A stretch of 64,000 nucleotides of DNA from assembly GCA_964187785.1 (NCBI GenBank), contig OZ076409.1:18044001-18108000 (forward strand), written 5' to 3'. Of the stretch, positions 1 to 14,000 are shown one piece after another. Numbering within the stretch: the first letter of the stretch is position 1; each line of letters opens with the position of its first letter. Both the position numbers and the translations under genes were made by a program. Source of the stretch: Amphiscolops sp. MND2022 (taxonomy: Eukaryota). The notes under the pieces are model-generated. The model saw only the letters and a program-made list of their open reading frames with translations, made no database searches and had not been told where the DNA came from.

Positions 1-2194
1 GTGTGTCTACTAGACATATTAACAGCGTAGATATACTAAAGCAAAATTACATGTGTTCCAGCATTTTACATGAGATTTATCAATAGCACCCCACATTTCA
101 TTAATATGTTGTCTTTTGACACTAAGTGTCCATTTTATGAGAAATTAAAGGCCTTTCCAAGTTGTAAATAAGTGTACTTGTAATTTAGCACCTTTAATTT
201 AAAAGTGGACTTAGCATCCAATCGACAGGGCAGTCCTCATTTTATTTATTGGCAAGCGGCATATGGCCGCCTAGTCCAAAGATCAAAGCGCTGCATAAAG
301 TATTGCATAGTAGGACTGGTTATTCAAATACTGCACTCTGATTGGTTGAAGCTCATTCGGACTTGCTGTCCAAGGCGACAGGCGAGGAAACATTTGAGCA
401 CGTTTCCTCTACCTGTACGCCTTGGTGTCCAATTTACTAGCAACGTACAATTAGCGCCGGTATTACATAACACCAAATCATAACTTTAAATGATATTTTA
501 CATTCAAAATAAGCAAATTACATGACTTCTAAGATATAATTGCAGTTTAAGTGTAAAAGTTTCAATTTAAAGGGATTGTGCTGGGTAGGCCTTTTTGATA
601 GTTATGGCAAATGGAATACATATTGCCATCACAGGCGGACGCCTGGGACATCACCCGATGAAACGATGATCAGGGGGTAAAATTCTTAATCATCATAAAA
701 TTTTTGTATTTCCCTGACACAAATGAAATTTCGAGCAAAAAAATCAATGCCGGAAAATTGAACAATAGAAGACGAAGGTATTTTAATGAAAGGTTGCTTG
801 AAGCAGACCCGGAAATCATAAGCAAATTGTAATCAGGGACTGGCATTTACAACTGATAAATGTGATATAGTTTTTTTGCAAAAAAAAACTACAGACAAAA
901 AATTCATCAAGAAGTGAAATGATGTAGGTGGCTGATGATATTGATGATTCGCGAGTCAGAAAGAAAGAGGAAATAGATGTGAAGCACAACAAGAGTAGTT
1001 CTTACATCAAAAACGTACCGTGTATGAAAATATTGCGTGTTATGACAAAGCCAACAACGCGATTTGCTACAGCCAGCAGCAACAACGGTAAAATCAAAAA
1101 TCTCAAAATCAGATCAATGGCTGGTGTTTATGTTATTAGCTGAAAATCAAACTGTAAACAATGTACGGGCGCAAAATCTAATGATAAACAATGTAAATTT
1201 TAGTGCTTGATATATAGGGTTGAAAAAATCATAGCGCTTGTTTTTTTCCATGAGATTATTAACCAGAGATTCTTACCAAGGCTTGAGGGTTTGCTCTACT
1301 TCATGAAGAGTTTCAAAAGTGAGATTTTGTTTTTGTCATTTTGTACATCGACACCCACAAAAAATACGGATAAAAGCAGTTCAAAAAACCTGTTATATTT
1401 TTATGACTTTGAGCTACGTATCTTTGAGTTCGCAAGGACTACGACTTGCTGATTTTTATTTCTAGTAAATTCTAGGAAACAGAAACGCTTTCTACAGGAA
1501 TCAGTGACCATTACTCTGTTTTAGCTGTGATTCCTGGAATCAAGAAGGAAAATGATTATAAAGCCTGCCAAACTTTTAATTCTGCTAAATTACCGCCCTA
1601 AAATACCGGAAAAGTTTTGTGAGGATGAAATGATCAAACCGATTAACGCAAAACGTTCGTCAACTTTGAGCCATTTCGTTCGTGAGAAACCTGTTACTGA
1701 GTTAAGGCGCTGAGAATAAAGGAGCATCTGATTCAACAGTGGATAAAAGAGCCAAGTGCGCTCAGCCATGACAGATTTATAACAACATGAATACAATAAA
1801 ATCACACAGCTGATCAGGGATACAAAAGATCATCATTTTTGCTGAAAACGAAAGTTTCAATCTTTTTTATTTAGCGATCTTCATTGTCGCTAAAATAATA
1901 AAAACGATTTACAATATAAAAGAATCAGTGATTTCGGCAATTGTTTTTTTTTTGGAATCCGACAACCTGAAAGGATTTTTTTGCTTCAACTAGGAAAACT
2001 TTCTTTGAAATTCAAAACCAAAATTTCAATTCAATTCCTAAGCCTGATCGCTAAAAATCGTCATTATTACGCAAAAAAAAATAATGTTATAAGTATCACC
2101 AGTCTGCAAAAAATTGAAAAGAGGGCCACGAAATCGAAGGAATGAGGAGTATTTAAGATTCGAAATGCTTTTCACTAGGACTCAAACTTTTCAA

Positions 2195-4335
2195 TGCAAT
2201 TGCATCCGTGAAGAGTAAGAAGAACTTAGAGGACAAACTATCATGGGACTTCATTTTATCTATACAAGTAGTCTCAAGTACCTGCTAATACTTCACTGTA
2301 GCATGATTTTATTCTTACTCAGTACGCTATGCTTAGAGATAAAATACAGTTTTGTTTCAAAACTAACTTCTTCTAGTTAGACATTACAACATGGCGCAGT
2401 CAGTATCAGTTTAACTGATAGTTAAAAAAACAGAATCAGCTTACAAATGGACGACTCCAACAACAACTTCCCACTAACGGGAGGACAACAAAATCGGATA
2501 ACCGATCAGTCAACAAGCAGCCGTTCGCTACACAACGACTCGACGTTAAGGACGGGCGACCGAACATGTACCCAGAAGTTATCCATTCCAAGCTTGGAGA
2601 AACACGATAGTTCCACTGCAAACCTTTGGTGGCGGAAATTGGTACAATATATAAAATTGACCAAAGACATTGATCTGTCAGCCATGACAAATGAAAGAAA
2701 TAGACAACTGCCACAATTTCGAGACCAGCTGGAACTCGAGACAAAAGATACATTCCTATAGGCGATTGGACAAAGTGCACTGACCGAAAGTGCACTGACC
2801 GAAAGTGCACTGACCGAAGTGCACAGAAATGACTAAAACGGTGACAAACGGGAACCCAGCGCTTTACCGTTACAAAAACTATACACCTTATTCAGTCTAC
2901 AGTTTACCCAAGAGAGGAATGTACAACACGGCAGGGCCGATTTTTTTCGACCTAGAGAGAGAAACAAACGAAACAGCTGCGGACAAATGGAAGAGGATCT
3001 TAGACGTTGAAAAGAACTGCGAATTTGAGACAATAACAGCGGCCGAACTCATAGCCTCAAAATTCGTTTTCTTCATAGGAAAATCTACAGGGGACTATGA
3101 ACTGAAAAAGAAGATCCGAAAAAGCGACATGTCCATTGAAGCAATCACAGTCGCAATACATGAGTACATCTACGAAAAATTGAACGAATCTCCCAAAATT
3201 GAAGAGGAAAAGTAAATCCGACACGTGGATAAGAGAAAATTTAAAAAACAACAAAGAGCAAGCCGAACGATACCCGAAGCCAAGACATCTGGACTGAAAC
3301 AAATGCGGAGCACCCAACTGATCCAAACAGCATGAATGTCCCGCAAGAGGAAAGAGGACACTACGCAAAATGTTGCAGATCAACAAGGAAAATAAACCAC
3401 ATTGGAGATGAAGAAGCAGACAGTGCAGATGAAGACGACTGGATACCAGACAAAATCCATTCAATCCAAGAAAACATAAATTCAATGAGAGCGAAAAGCA
3501 AGAACGGAATACCGTTCTGCACAAGGACACTATTGGTTAATAACCGACCGATAAAATTCATTGTCGACACAGGCTCACCGGTAACACTCATACCAAAGAC
3601 AAGATTCAACAAAATAACTACAATCAGACCGGTATCGGAAAACTACCGGGACGTAAACGACAGCAAAATAAAGTTTGAAGGTAAAACCTTGGCGAACATT
3701 GAAATTGACGGTAAAACGAAACAACTTGAATTACTGATAACCACTGAACAAACACACCCGTTACTTGACCGCAACTGGATGAAGGAACTGGGGATAACGC
3801 TGAAAACGGAAAGACCACATCAGTCAATAAACAATATCAACAAACCGGACCAAATCAACAACGGACCGGACGCGGATATAGCAACACTGAAAAGTGAGTT
3901 CCACAAAGAATAATACAGTAAATATTGTAGAAGTAGACATCCAACGAAAAGAGGGATCAAAACTGATACAACAAAGGAGAGACCAATCCCTATTCATATA
4001 CAACCCCCGCTAGAAAAAAATTGAGAAATTGAAAAAACAAGGTCATATTGAAAAAGCCAAAAGCATCGATGAAAACTGCGTCGTAAGTCCCGCGGTGATT
4101 ACAATCAAAAGGGACAAATCGGTGAAAATAGCCCTGGACTCAAGAAAATTGAATGAAATCACTATTAAAAGAAAGGCACAAACTCCAAATATGGAAGAGT
4201 TAATATCGAGAATTTCCAAGAAAAAAGCGGACGGACCAGCTGACGACATTTGGATCTCAAAATTTGACTTCGACTACGCACACGGCCATCTAAAACTCAA
4301 AGAGAGCTATGGACCTATGCATCTTTGCGCGAACG
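2195..4335 (+). mobile_element. Decayed Ty3/Gypsy LTR retrotransposon (5' LTR, PBS, gag, protease, start of RT), 3'-truncated
   Basis: LTR end ...ACAACA then PBS TGGCGCAGTC at 2392; gag fragments 2447-3215; aspartic protease IKFIVDTGSPVTLIP; RT N-terminus VSPAVITIKRDKSVKIALDSRKLN; many frameshifts and stops. LTR start is approximate. Confidence 0.9.
2772..2826 (+). repeat. 15-bp minisatellite (AAAGTGCACTGACCG) x3.6 inside gag
   Basis: Read directly from the sequence. Confidence 0.9.
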
Positions 4336-5599
4336 AACGTATTCAGTGGCATTCAAAATAGCAAAAATGCTACCTCTCGACAAACAAAGCTCCTAAAAAC
4401 TATATGATCATTAGTCTATTGAACTCATTGACCCAATGAAAAGAGTTTTTGAAAAAATAGGGCGAAGTCCTCGAAAGATAATCACTCTTCCACATATTTC
4501 GGCCTTCATTTGAATTTGCATTCAGAGAACACATTAGTTTTTTTGATTGAAAATTGAGCAAGATTTGTGCGTTGATATTTAGGGATAGCCAATTTTACCC
4601 AGTGGAACGTCTTCTGAATATTATTTTCCTCCCATATTTCATATATGGGAAAGGAAAATATTTAAATCAAACGGTTTTTTTTAAAAACAATTATCAAGCA
4701 CTAAATTTATATTTAACTTTAAGGGTGTTACCCATAGATTTCAACTCCCTTAAATTTAGCTCCGTGCGATATGTATTTATGGAGAATTCTGGACTTTTTC
4801 AATTTACTCCAAGGACCCCAGAATGAACCAAAAATGACACCAAAAATGATAAAATTTGCAGAAAATCCCTATTTTCTACGGTTCTGTGCAATTTTTGGAC
4901 CATGTCATCTATTACCCCCCCCCCAAACTGCGCCGGGGTAAGGTTATTAGGAAGTAGAAGGTACTTTGGGAGAGAAGGAGAGGGGGTAAGTTCCGAAGAG
5001 GTTTTGGTTTAACATTCCTCGATATGACAACTGTAATGGCTTTTTCCTTAGCCACATCCCCCTTACATGAAAATGGTTTGTATAAAAACTTACTTGATAA
5101 TTTGGACCATGTCATCTATTCCGCCAAACTTTGGAAATAAGACAGAAGGTTCAAATACCATTATGTCGACATTGTTTGCGTTGAAATTTTGGTCCAATAA
5201 GATAATTGATGTCGACATAATCCTTTCCATTACATTGACCGTCACCCTAGTCGAGATTGCTTGACCTTTTCACATGCTGAATGGAAACATGTAACCTAAT
5301 TTTTTGACAAAACATGGAAAATTCAGGCAGAATGCACGGAAAAATTTTGTGAAAGTTCCAAGCAGTTTACAGAAGTTCTTAAAAAAAAGTAAGCAAGAAA
5401 ACGAAGGCTCCGTCGTTCTTAAACCTGCGCCAACTTTGGAAAACTTATTCAAACGCATTCTGGTTATCATGAAACCTAGTGTACTTCATCAAAAAGTCAA
5501 TCCAATAAAAAAACATTTCAAACATCACAAAACGAGACAAATCAACAAAGTGCTTTCGTGTTGGGGGATTTTCGTGTTGCCCGACAATGTGTAACTTGA

Positions 5600-6600
5600 A
5601 AATAGATAACATGGTCCCAATTTTTCAATAGATATCGTGAATTAGAATGTTGAAAACGTTCAACAAGGTACGAACTCGTTGTACAAAAGTCTCCTATTGA
5701 GAGATAATTGCTGTTTTCTAAATGACATCAATTTGATTCCAGAAATGACAAAAAATAAAAAAAAAACATTTATAACGTTTTTATGCAATTTATGTCAAAC
5801 TTTTGAAAGACTTCGTGGATTGAAACGTGAAAACGTTCAACATGCCCAACTTGGCACAAGTTTGTTGTCCAGTAAGCTCCAAAGAGATAATTGCTGTTTT
5901 CTGAATGAAAAAAATGATATTGTCACCGAAAATGACAAAAAACCTAAAATTTTCCAGTTTTCCTAATTTTTATGCAATTTCTGTCGGATTTTCGACAAAC
6001 TTCGCGGATTGGAATGTTGAGAAACGTCAGCAATGGGAAATATCAGTTCAAGAGGCCTTTCCGAACGGTTCATTGCAAATTTTTAACTAAAAAAAATCTC
6101 AAATTGGCTTAGAAAATGTCAAAAACCCAAAATTTTCCAATTTCAAAATTTTTATGCAATTTTTGTCACAATTTCGACAGACACCGTGGATTGGAATGTT
6201 TAGAACGTTCCCCAAGTTAGCAACGCGTTGTCCAGTAATCTTTAAAGATGAGATAATTTCAGTTTTTTTTAATGAAAAAAGACACCAAAATTGACACCAA
6301 AATTGACAAAAATCCAATTTTTCAATTTTCAAAATTTTTTTAATGAGTTTTTTTTCGACAAAGTTGGCCATTAGAACGTTGGCCAGCGTCAACAAGGAAT
6401 GAATTTGTTGTCCAGTATGCTTAGTGGAGAGATAAATGCATTTTTGCATTTGAAAAAAGTCTGGAATTAACATCGAAAAAGACAAAAATTCAAAAAAATA
6501 ACTATTTTTACCACTTTTGTCAAACTATCGAAAGACTTCGTGGACTAGAACGTTGAAACCCCTAAACATTGAGGAATTTTGTTGTTGTTCTGTGAATTTT
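5600..6600 (+). repeat. Degenerate tandem repeat of about 180 bp (related arrays at about 13800-15500 and 17600-18700)
   Basis: Recurring AAACGTTCAACA...TGTCCAGTA...GAGATAAT...TTTATGCAATTT...CTTCGTGGATT at 175-190 bp spacing. Confidence 0.65.
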
Positions 6601-7647
6601 CATCAAGAAATAAGTTCAAGTTCTAAATCAAATGCTCCAAATTGATCCTGGAATTGTCAAAAAAGTAGAAGTTCTTGTGGTTTTTGATATAATTTCTCTT
6701 GAATTCCCGAGAGTTTTCGTCACAAGTTCCAACACAATGAACAATGAAAGGACGAGAAACGCATTACACTGTTTAAAGAAAAGTTTCCAGCGTTTTGCTT
6801 CAAAAACACTTCCGAATGACTCCAATTAAGTCGAAAAAACTCAACAGCTTCATTTTTATACAACCTATGTCTACTCTACTTTTTGAATCGTTTTGGAGTT
6901 AAAATGATGGCAAATGTTCAAAATTATTGAACTCATAATTCTGTCGTCTTTTAAAGAATTATATGCACACATCGGTTGAAAAATGGCTCACAATTGACCG
7001 CAAAATATTGGAATTGTCAAAAATTTTGCCCATTTATGAAATCTTCAGTGACTTTTTATTTGAGATTGGAAAATTTTGGTGAGATAAAAGCTTCAAAGAG
7101 ATCCTGATGATAAAACTATATCCACAGCACGTTTTTTGAAGAATGAATTACATATTTCATGACAACTTTTCCTCAAAATGGCCCAAATAATGCAAAAACA
7201 GAGTTTTCAACTTTTTTACACTTTTGGGCAGTTTTTTTGAAAAATTGTTGAGCCACTTCGTTGCATAAAAAGATCTTAATATCTCAACAATGACTAACAA
7301 TAACTAATCCTGGTATTCAGGAAAGGGGGCAATTTTGAAGATTTCATTTTAATTTTTTGTTGGAAATGGCCTCAAAGCACCCAAAATCCAATAAACAACA
7401 AAAACTTCCACTGACCCAAGCGTTGAAACAATAGGGTATTCAAAACGCAATTTGGGAAGAAAAGTTGGACGAAGTTCGTCGTGTTTACAATATAGGTGTC
7501 AAAAGTTCCAATTTTCCTCAATATTCGACAACATAGTCCCATCTTTGAACCCTTTCCGAAAATTTACTTCAATCGGAAAACCCATATGCTCAAAGGTTGA
7601 TACGTGTAGCTACGATACGTTTTCGGAAAGATATCAGACAAGTTAAT

Positions 7648-7727
7648 CGCACAACTTTCAAAAATTTTACTTGAAAACGTAAATTTCGCACAACTTTCAA
7701 AAATTTTACTTGAAAACGTAAATTTCG
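7648..7727 (+). repeat. 39-bp perfect tandem duplication
   Basis: CGCACAACTTTCAAAAATTTTACTTGAAAACGTAAATTT occurs twice. Confidence 0.9.
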
Positions 7728-8959
7728 ACGTTATTTTTCAAGTATTTAAAATTGAATAACCTCCAAGCAAAATTACTAGATATGGATTACACCTTCCAGA
7801 GGAAAGTGCTTCGAGCAATCAATGCGGGTTAGAATGATCTAAGCATTCAACCAAAACTGAACTCGGTGTCCACTAGGCTTATATGTGCAGAGACATCTGT
7901 AGTTTCATGTAAGAACCGTTCCTAAAGTTGATCCCAAAACTGTCGAAAATATTTCCAATTTTTGACATTTCTGGAGGAACTATGTTCAATAAAATAAACT
8001 GGGACAGCTCAAGTTTCTTAAACTTGGAAATGAGCTAGATCCAAGTTTATACCATTTTCTCAGTGCCAAAAATTACCCCGAGAAATACGCCTGAGTCTCG
8101 GAAAGCACTATTCCCTACCAGGAACACAACAAGCCAGTTTTTATATGTTTTTTCGGTAAATTCCTATGATGGCGAAACAAGTTTCAGCTTAGAGCCGAAA
8201 AATCCCAAATTAGGTGTTTTCCACAATCAAAAAGAAACCTCAGTTCGATATGATCGAAAGTAACAAAGAGGTCACCACCAAAAGCTTATTTCCCCTACAG
8301 AAAACCTCAAAAACTAAAAATTGCGAAAACTGTTGCTCGAAAATTGTTTTCGAAAAAAATTGAAAATTTTTTACTCGGTAAGTCGCATGGTGCCGAAAAA
8401 CTGAAAACTGGTCATCTATCGCAGAATTAATAAAACAGGTGTTTCATTTAAAAACGGGCAAAGATGAATCAAAGCTTTCTTTTCTTCGAACTTCTTAGCG
8501 TTTTTATAGAGCATTGGATATTCTTGAGCCTCAAATTTACGTAGTTGTAGAACAGTTCGTGGCGAAAAAATTCTCGCTGCTCAGCGGGTGTCTTGTTCAC
8601 AATTGTTGTGCAAAATCAGTCACTAGTAATGGTATTAGTGTTTATGAAACAACTACAAAAACAGACTTGAATAAATCTGAAAGACTTCGAATCTGCTATT
8701 ATTTCTCACCGTATTCGAGCTCAACATTGTTGGCATTATCAGAACCCTATGCAAGCATTGACGCTTTGAGAGCACCCATACGGTATATTGGAACTACAAA
8801 GAAGACCTTTCTAAATATCCTGCGCACTGGAATAGTAAAGTACATATTACTGAAAGTTAGAGAACATCTGTTACCAAACGAAAGTATCTCAAATTCAATT
8901 TTTGGAATTATTCAACTGGTTGAAACAAATGTAACTTTTGCATTTTCAAGTTTGTCAAA

Positions 8960-10430
8960 AGAAATGCAATTCTAAGAAAAATACAAATTCGTTTATTTGG
9001 TAAACAGAAGGTCAAGTTCAACCGAAAGTTCAAGTTCAACGTTTGTCCTTTCTTTTGATGAGAGGATGTTCTCTTCACCCAACACCAAGTCATTTACTCC
9101 TCGCATGATTCGCCATTTCTGGATTAAGAACCATAGAAGACTCGGGAAGTCAATCTGTCAGCCAAGTACCACAAGTGTCTCTTCTGTTTTTCTCTGGGCA
9201 GAAGCATTGTCAAAAATGAAGTACACATGCTGATCGATGCGTGCTGTGCTATGATACAGGTACAGGCTCTCGCTGCTAGTGGAAATTCTCGAAAAACTGA
9301 CTTTTCATTGCTCTCTTGTAAAATTCAAAGTGGAAAATTTCTTGTTGCTAACTTATGTCACCATAATTTGTGATTTTGCTGTATATATTCATCTGATTTG
9401 TGGATTGATTCGTCTGGTTGCTGTGTTTCATCCTCGATATTTCTTTTCACTGTTCGATTGCTGTATGTTCTTTGTCTACAAGCTTTTCCAAAGTGGAAGT
9501 TCTTTCCACAATTGTTACAATTTGCTTCTGCAGGACATTATGTATCGGTGACCAATTTGGTGCGTTGCAAAATCTACATGGTCGATTTCCGAATGTTCTA
9601 TTTTTCGGTTTGTCTCGAATATTTCCATTCTCTATACCGGTTCATCCTTTGTCATCTGTTTTTCTTTCGTTGAGATAAGTGCTTCCGAGATCGTGTTCTT
9701 TTTGTCTTTCTTCTCATATGTGTTTTGTTTGATTAGCTCGATTGTTCTTTTTTTATTTCTAGTGTTTTTTCTTTCATCATTTTGTCGCGTAATTCTTTGT
9801 CGGTTATTGCGGTCATATATTCGGAGATTAGTAACTCTTCGGCTGAAACGGTGTTAAAGTAAAATTCCTTTTCGATTTCTGTTAGTGGTCTCCAAAATAC
9901 TTCGGGTGTTTCCTCTTCTGATTGTTTCGCCCAAATGAAGTCTCCTCGGTTATTATGAGTGTCTGTTTCGGTGAATACTATTCGGTGTATAACCGGATCA
10001 AATCCTTGATTTTTGTACTATCTGTCATGTAATCTGCTCAGGTTATCTGGAGAACTGCTTCCTGGTTCACTCCCCAGATGAAATCTTCTTGAATTGCTTG
10101 TTCTTTTCCGGCCAAATCGGAATCAGTAATGTCTTCTCCCTTGAGAAGAGGTGTGATATCAACTTTGTGTTCCCGTTTCGAGAATTGTTTGAACTGCCAT
10201 ACTTGTAACTCGCTAAGAAGGTTTGAGTTTGTTTTAAAAATTGGCTGACTGCGCCATGTTCCATTCTTTTAAGGAACACAGATTTAATTTAAAAAGATAG
10301 GTTCCAAAAAAGATTCTCAAGTTATCTTCTAACTGTAGTTCAGATACGAAACTATTTTTAATGATGTATCTAATTTGATATGTGTATTGAGATGTTCATC
10401 AACAATAGCAAGTACTCTAGACACATGACA
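8960..10430 (-). mobile_element. Decayed, internally deleted Ty3/Gypsy element
   Basis: About 174-bp TG...CA LTR at 10257-10430, PBS TGGCGCAGTCAG next to it, gag remnant with zinc-knuckle relics (CRFCNAPNW, CNNCGKNFHFGKAC) near 9480-9580. Confidence 0.8.
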
Positions 10431-10707
10431 GAAGCTTGTAGTTTATCAACCGAAACTCGGTGGATATAAATAATATAAATTATATATTTATTTATTTATA
10501 TATAGCAGCAAGACTATGGCGCTTTATTGACTCTTTCAGCTGTTAGTTTGATTAGTTTACCTCTTTTTTCTCCCACTTTTTTCCTCAGAGTTTTCGCTGT
10601 ATTGAATCGTACTCGAATTGGCTATCGACGGAACAATGATATCAAGTTTCGAATGTTTTAAGTATGAAAAGTGTGAGAATAAAAAGTTCTCACTATTCTT
10701 ACCCAAC

Positions 10708-11016
10708 CTGTATAACAATCAATTTCTGCCTTGTCACTTTCTATTGCTGATGGGCACCCAGTAACAGACTTGAGCGCCGATATTTTGCATTTGCCACTTT
10801 TGGCAGTCCCAACGAGTGGATTTGCGAGAGGAGCGGTAGCCGCATTGTTGGTATAAGGAGAGCTGACCCCAGATTGAACTTTAGTGTCCGAATTGGTTCC
10901 GTCGCCGACGTAAAAGTCGTAAGAATTAGGTGGATCTGTTGTTGGCACTGTCCATTCCAGTGATACTGTCGTTGCTGTGGCCCCTGTCTGAGCAAGATCA
11001 GCTGGAGTTGATGGTT
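10708..11016 (-). CDS. Gene 2 exon 3, FN3
   Basis: tttcctAG|KPSTPADL...TTVSLEWTVP...SYDFYV...DCYT|GTTGGG (an alternative GTAAG lies 5 nt further on). Confidence 0.87.
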
Positions 11017-14000
11017 CTAGGAAAAAAAGAAAAACTAGTAGACTGAAAACAAGTAATCGTCTCAAATCGCATTTCCACTTTCACAGAAATTGCAACTGAC
11101 GGGCTCTTTTGCAAATTAACGGAGACGCAACACTGGATAAGGTAATTTGTGAAAGTTAATTTGTGAAATTACAAATAATACAAAAACAACAAATCAACTT
11201 TCTGGTGTCTAAGCTCCGAATTTCCACGGAAGTTTGGATTTTGATCTTTGTACAGTTTCTGGTGTTAGCTTTCCCAAACTATGGGTACGCGTACCATCAT
11301 GTTTACCATGGTATGTATCGAACAATTAGCCGATTTCGTAAATGCGTCTTCAAATTTTACCTGGCTGACCCACTGTTTGACATTATATTTCACCTCAAAA
11401 TTTAATTAGTATTCATAATTGATTGAAAATAAAAACACAGGTGCAATTGTATGAATATCGCAAACGACTTCGAAAGTTTTCACTAGAAACTTTGATTGAA
11501 TTGCTGACTCATCAAAAAACTTTTTGGTATCAAGCGAATCAGCGAAACTTTCCAATTTGTTCTGAAAAATTTAAGCCACCTTACAATTCTTAGAAAACAA
11601 ATCTCGATTTGTTTTCTACGAATTGCAAGGTGGCTTAAATTTTTCAGAACAAATTGGAAAGTTTCACTGATTCGCTTGATACCGAGAAGTTTTTTGATAC
11701 CTACGCCTAACATAAGTTCTTGCTAAAGGTATGAACTATAGAAAACCTGTTGGACTATGATTATGCATTTTAAATGCTTGTGATAACATATACCGTTCAA
11801 AATTCACATGGGTAAACAGTTCCTGAGGTCACCATTTGTATTTTGTCTCCACGAATGATCACCAACCTGAGCGTTTTCAACTCACTTGTGCATCCTGTTT
11901 TTGGGCTAGGCTGTAAACCTGATGGGCTGCCTGAGCCATCCAGAGTCTCGACATTGAATATATATCCACTGGCTGGACTCAGACCAGTAACATCGAAAGA
12001 CAAGTCTGACGGAGTAATAGTCGGGGTTGGATAACAATCTAAGTTATTAGATGCCTTCTGACATGAAATGGTTCCTAAGGATGCTGCATCACCTCCAGAC
12101 ACGAGGAACGAAAGAGAAGAGGCAGTTTTTGCTGTTTCAGTTATCGTTGCTGCCATGCATTGGCAAACTGGAACAATGAAGACATCTTCATTAGTACCAA
12201 TCACTTTTGATGGCCAGCGACAAATTTTGTTAATACGCAGAGAGGTGGTGTTTCATTTTGACAAGATACAGCAAAGTTTTTTCATTTATTTCCTGTGAGA
12301 GAAGAGAAGAGAAGTTAATTTCCCCATTACCGCGGGGTGGACGCCGAATAAGCAGTTCTGCTTTTCTAAGTCGGCGCCCTTTCGGATACTATCTCCCCAT
12401 AGCAAGCTATGGTACCATATTTGCAGCCAAGTGGTCAAGTAATGGTGGACTTGAAGCTGTGGTTTCAAAGTAACTTGCTCAAGGTCACAAAGGTCCCAAC
12501 TGCTCACCGTTGCTCTTTTTGTTTTGCTTTTCTCCGCCAATTGCGTTATTTTTTGTCATTGACCATACCACTAAGCTAGGGATGAAGGACTTGCTTAAGG
12601 ACCAACAATGGTGAGTTGAGAGAGATTCGAACCTGATACCGCCCCAGTACAGGCCGAATGCTCTAACCACTACGCCATGCTCCCCGCATAGGTTTTTTTC
12701 TAGTTCATGCGATGGTGGTAATTAATATCCTAAAGGTTTATACTCTCTCTTCCAGATAACAGTCTCTACAACAAACTGGCATATCAATTCCCGTGTTTCT
12801 GAGCTCAGCCTCATATATTTCCGCTAGAGTGAGTGAGAACAGTACCAAATCAAAAACCTAGGTACCGTTGCACAGCGGCTCGAGGGACATTGAGACAAAA
12901 CTTTCAGTGTGGTTCAAAACCTGTTGTTATAACTGGTCCAAAAGTTGAGACACTGGGGCTCCAAAATTCCCCAATTGCAAAAAATCATTTTCAATAATTT
13001 TGGATTTTTAAAAGGTCCGTCCGTATACTTTTATTGTTAGAGCATCCACGGCGCACTTCATTTACGCGATGTCAATTCCAGACTCTGCAATATATCAACG
13101 TTACTTCAGGAATCATGATTATACTCAACAACTGTTCCAAAGTTGAGATTTAGGCAGAAGCCTCAAAACTGAAAACTATAGAGAAAGCACACATTTCTTG
13201 ACACATTCTTCCGGAAGAAGCCTCATAAGGCACGTTCTGGATAACTGGAAAAACAAACTGACATGATTTTAAGGCTAAAGAGTAACCAAAGCACTATGAA
13301 ATTGCAAGAAAAAAATATGACACTTTTGATTGATGATATCCAATTTCAAAAGGAAACATTTTCTTCAAGAACACACTAAATGCCGAATTGTTTTGTTGTC
13401 AAACTGTGTGAATACAAGTACTTACCAAATTTTTATACTTTCGCACGAAAAATCACTAACACGTCAAAATACGGAAAAAATCAACAATTTGGGGTTCAAC
13501 AACCGAGTTCAACCGCTGTAGAGAGTTTAAACCAAACAAAAAACCATTCTAAAACAAAAAATTGCTCAAAAAATTACAAACAATTGCATGAAAAACGTCT
13601 GAAACCTTTGGATTTTGGGCAATTCTGCGGTTATTTTTCTCTGAAAAAACTACAAACTTCCTTTCAAAGAAGTACTGCATAATTAGTTATTTCGTTAGGC
13701 CTCTTTCAAAAAATATTTGGAAAAAGGGTCAAAAAGTGTTTCAACCTTTTTGATGACAATTTTTCCAAATTTTAATTGAAGGCTAACGGATTGCGTACTG
13801 GAAGCTACTGAGCCTGCTAACTCTTCTACCTGAAGAAATTAGAAAATTGACCCAGAATGGGAGTAATTTTTCGATTTGTGGCAACTTCGGGAAATTCTAT
13901 TCTTTTTTAAGTTCTTCGAAAAACTTTATCCAACATTCTCTCCGGATTATCGAATTGAAGTGCTGTTTGTTTCAACGTTCAGATCAATGGAAATTGTAAT

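Noticed and set aside
560..2150. Possible degraded transposase or further gene 2 exons
   Set aside because: No catalytic or FN3 motif readable in any frame
8514..8975. 153-aa ORF
   Set aside because: No ATG start, no motif and no splice context; lies between repeats
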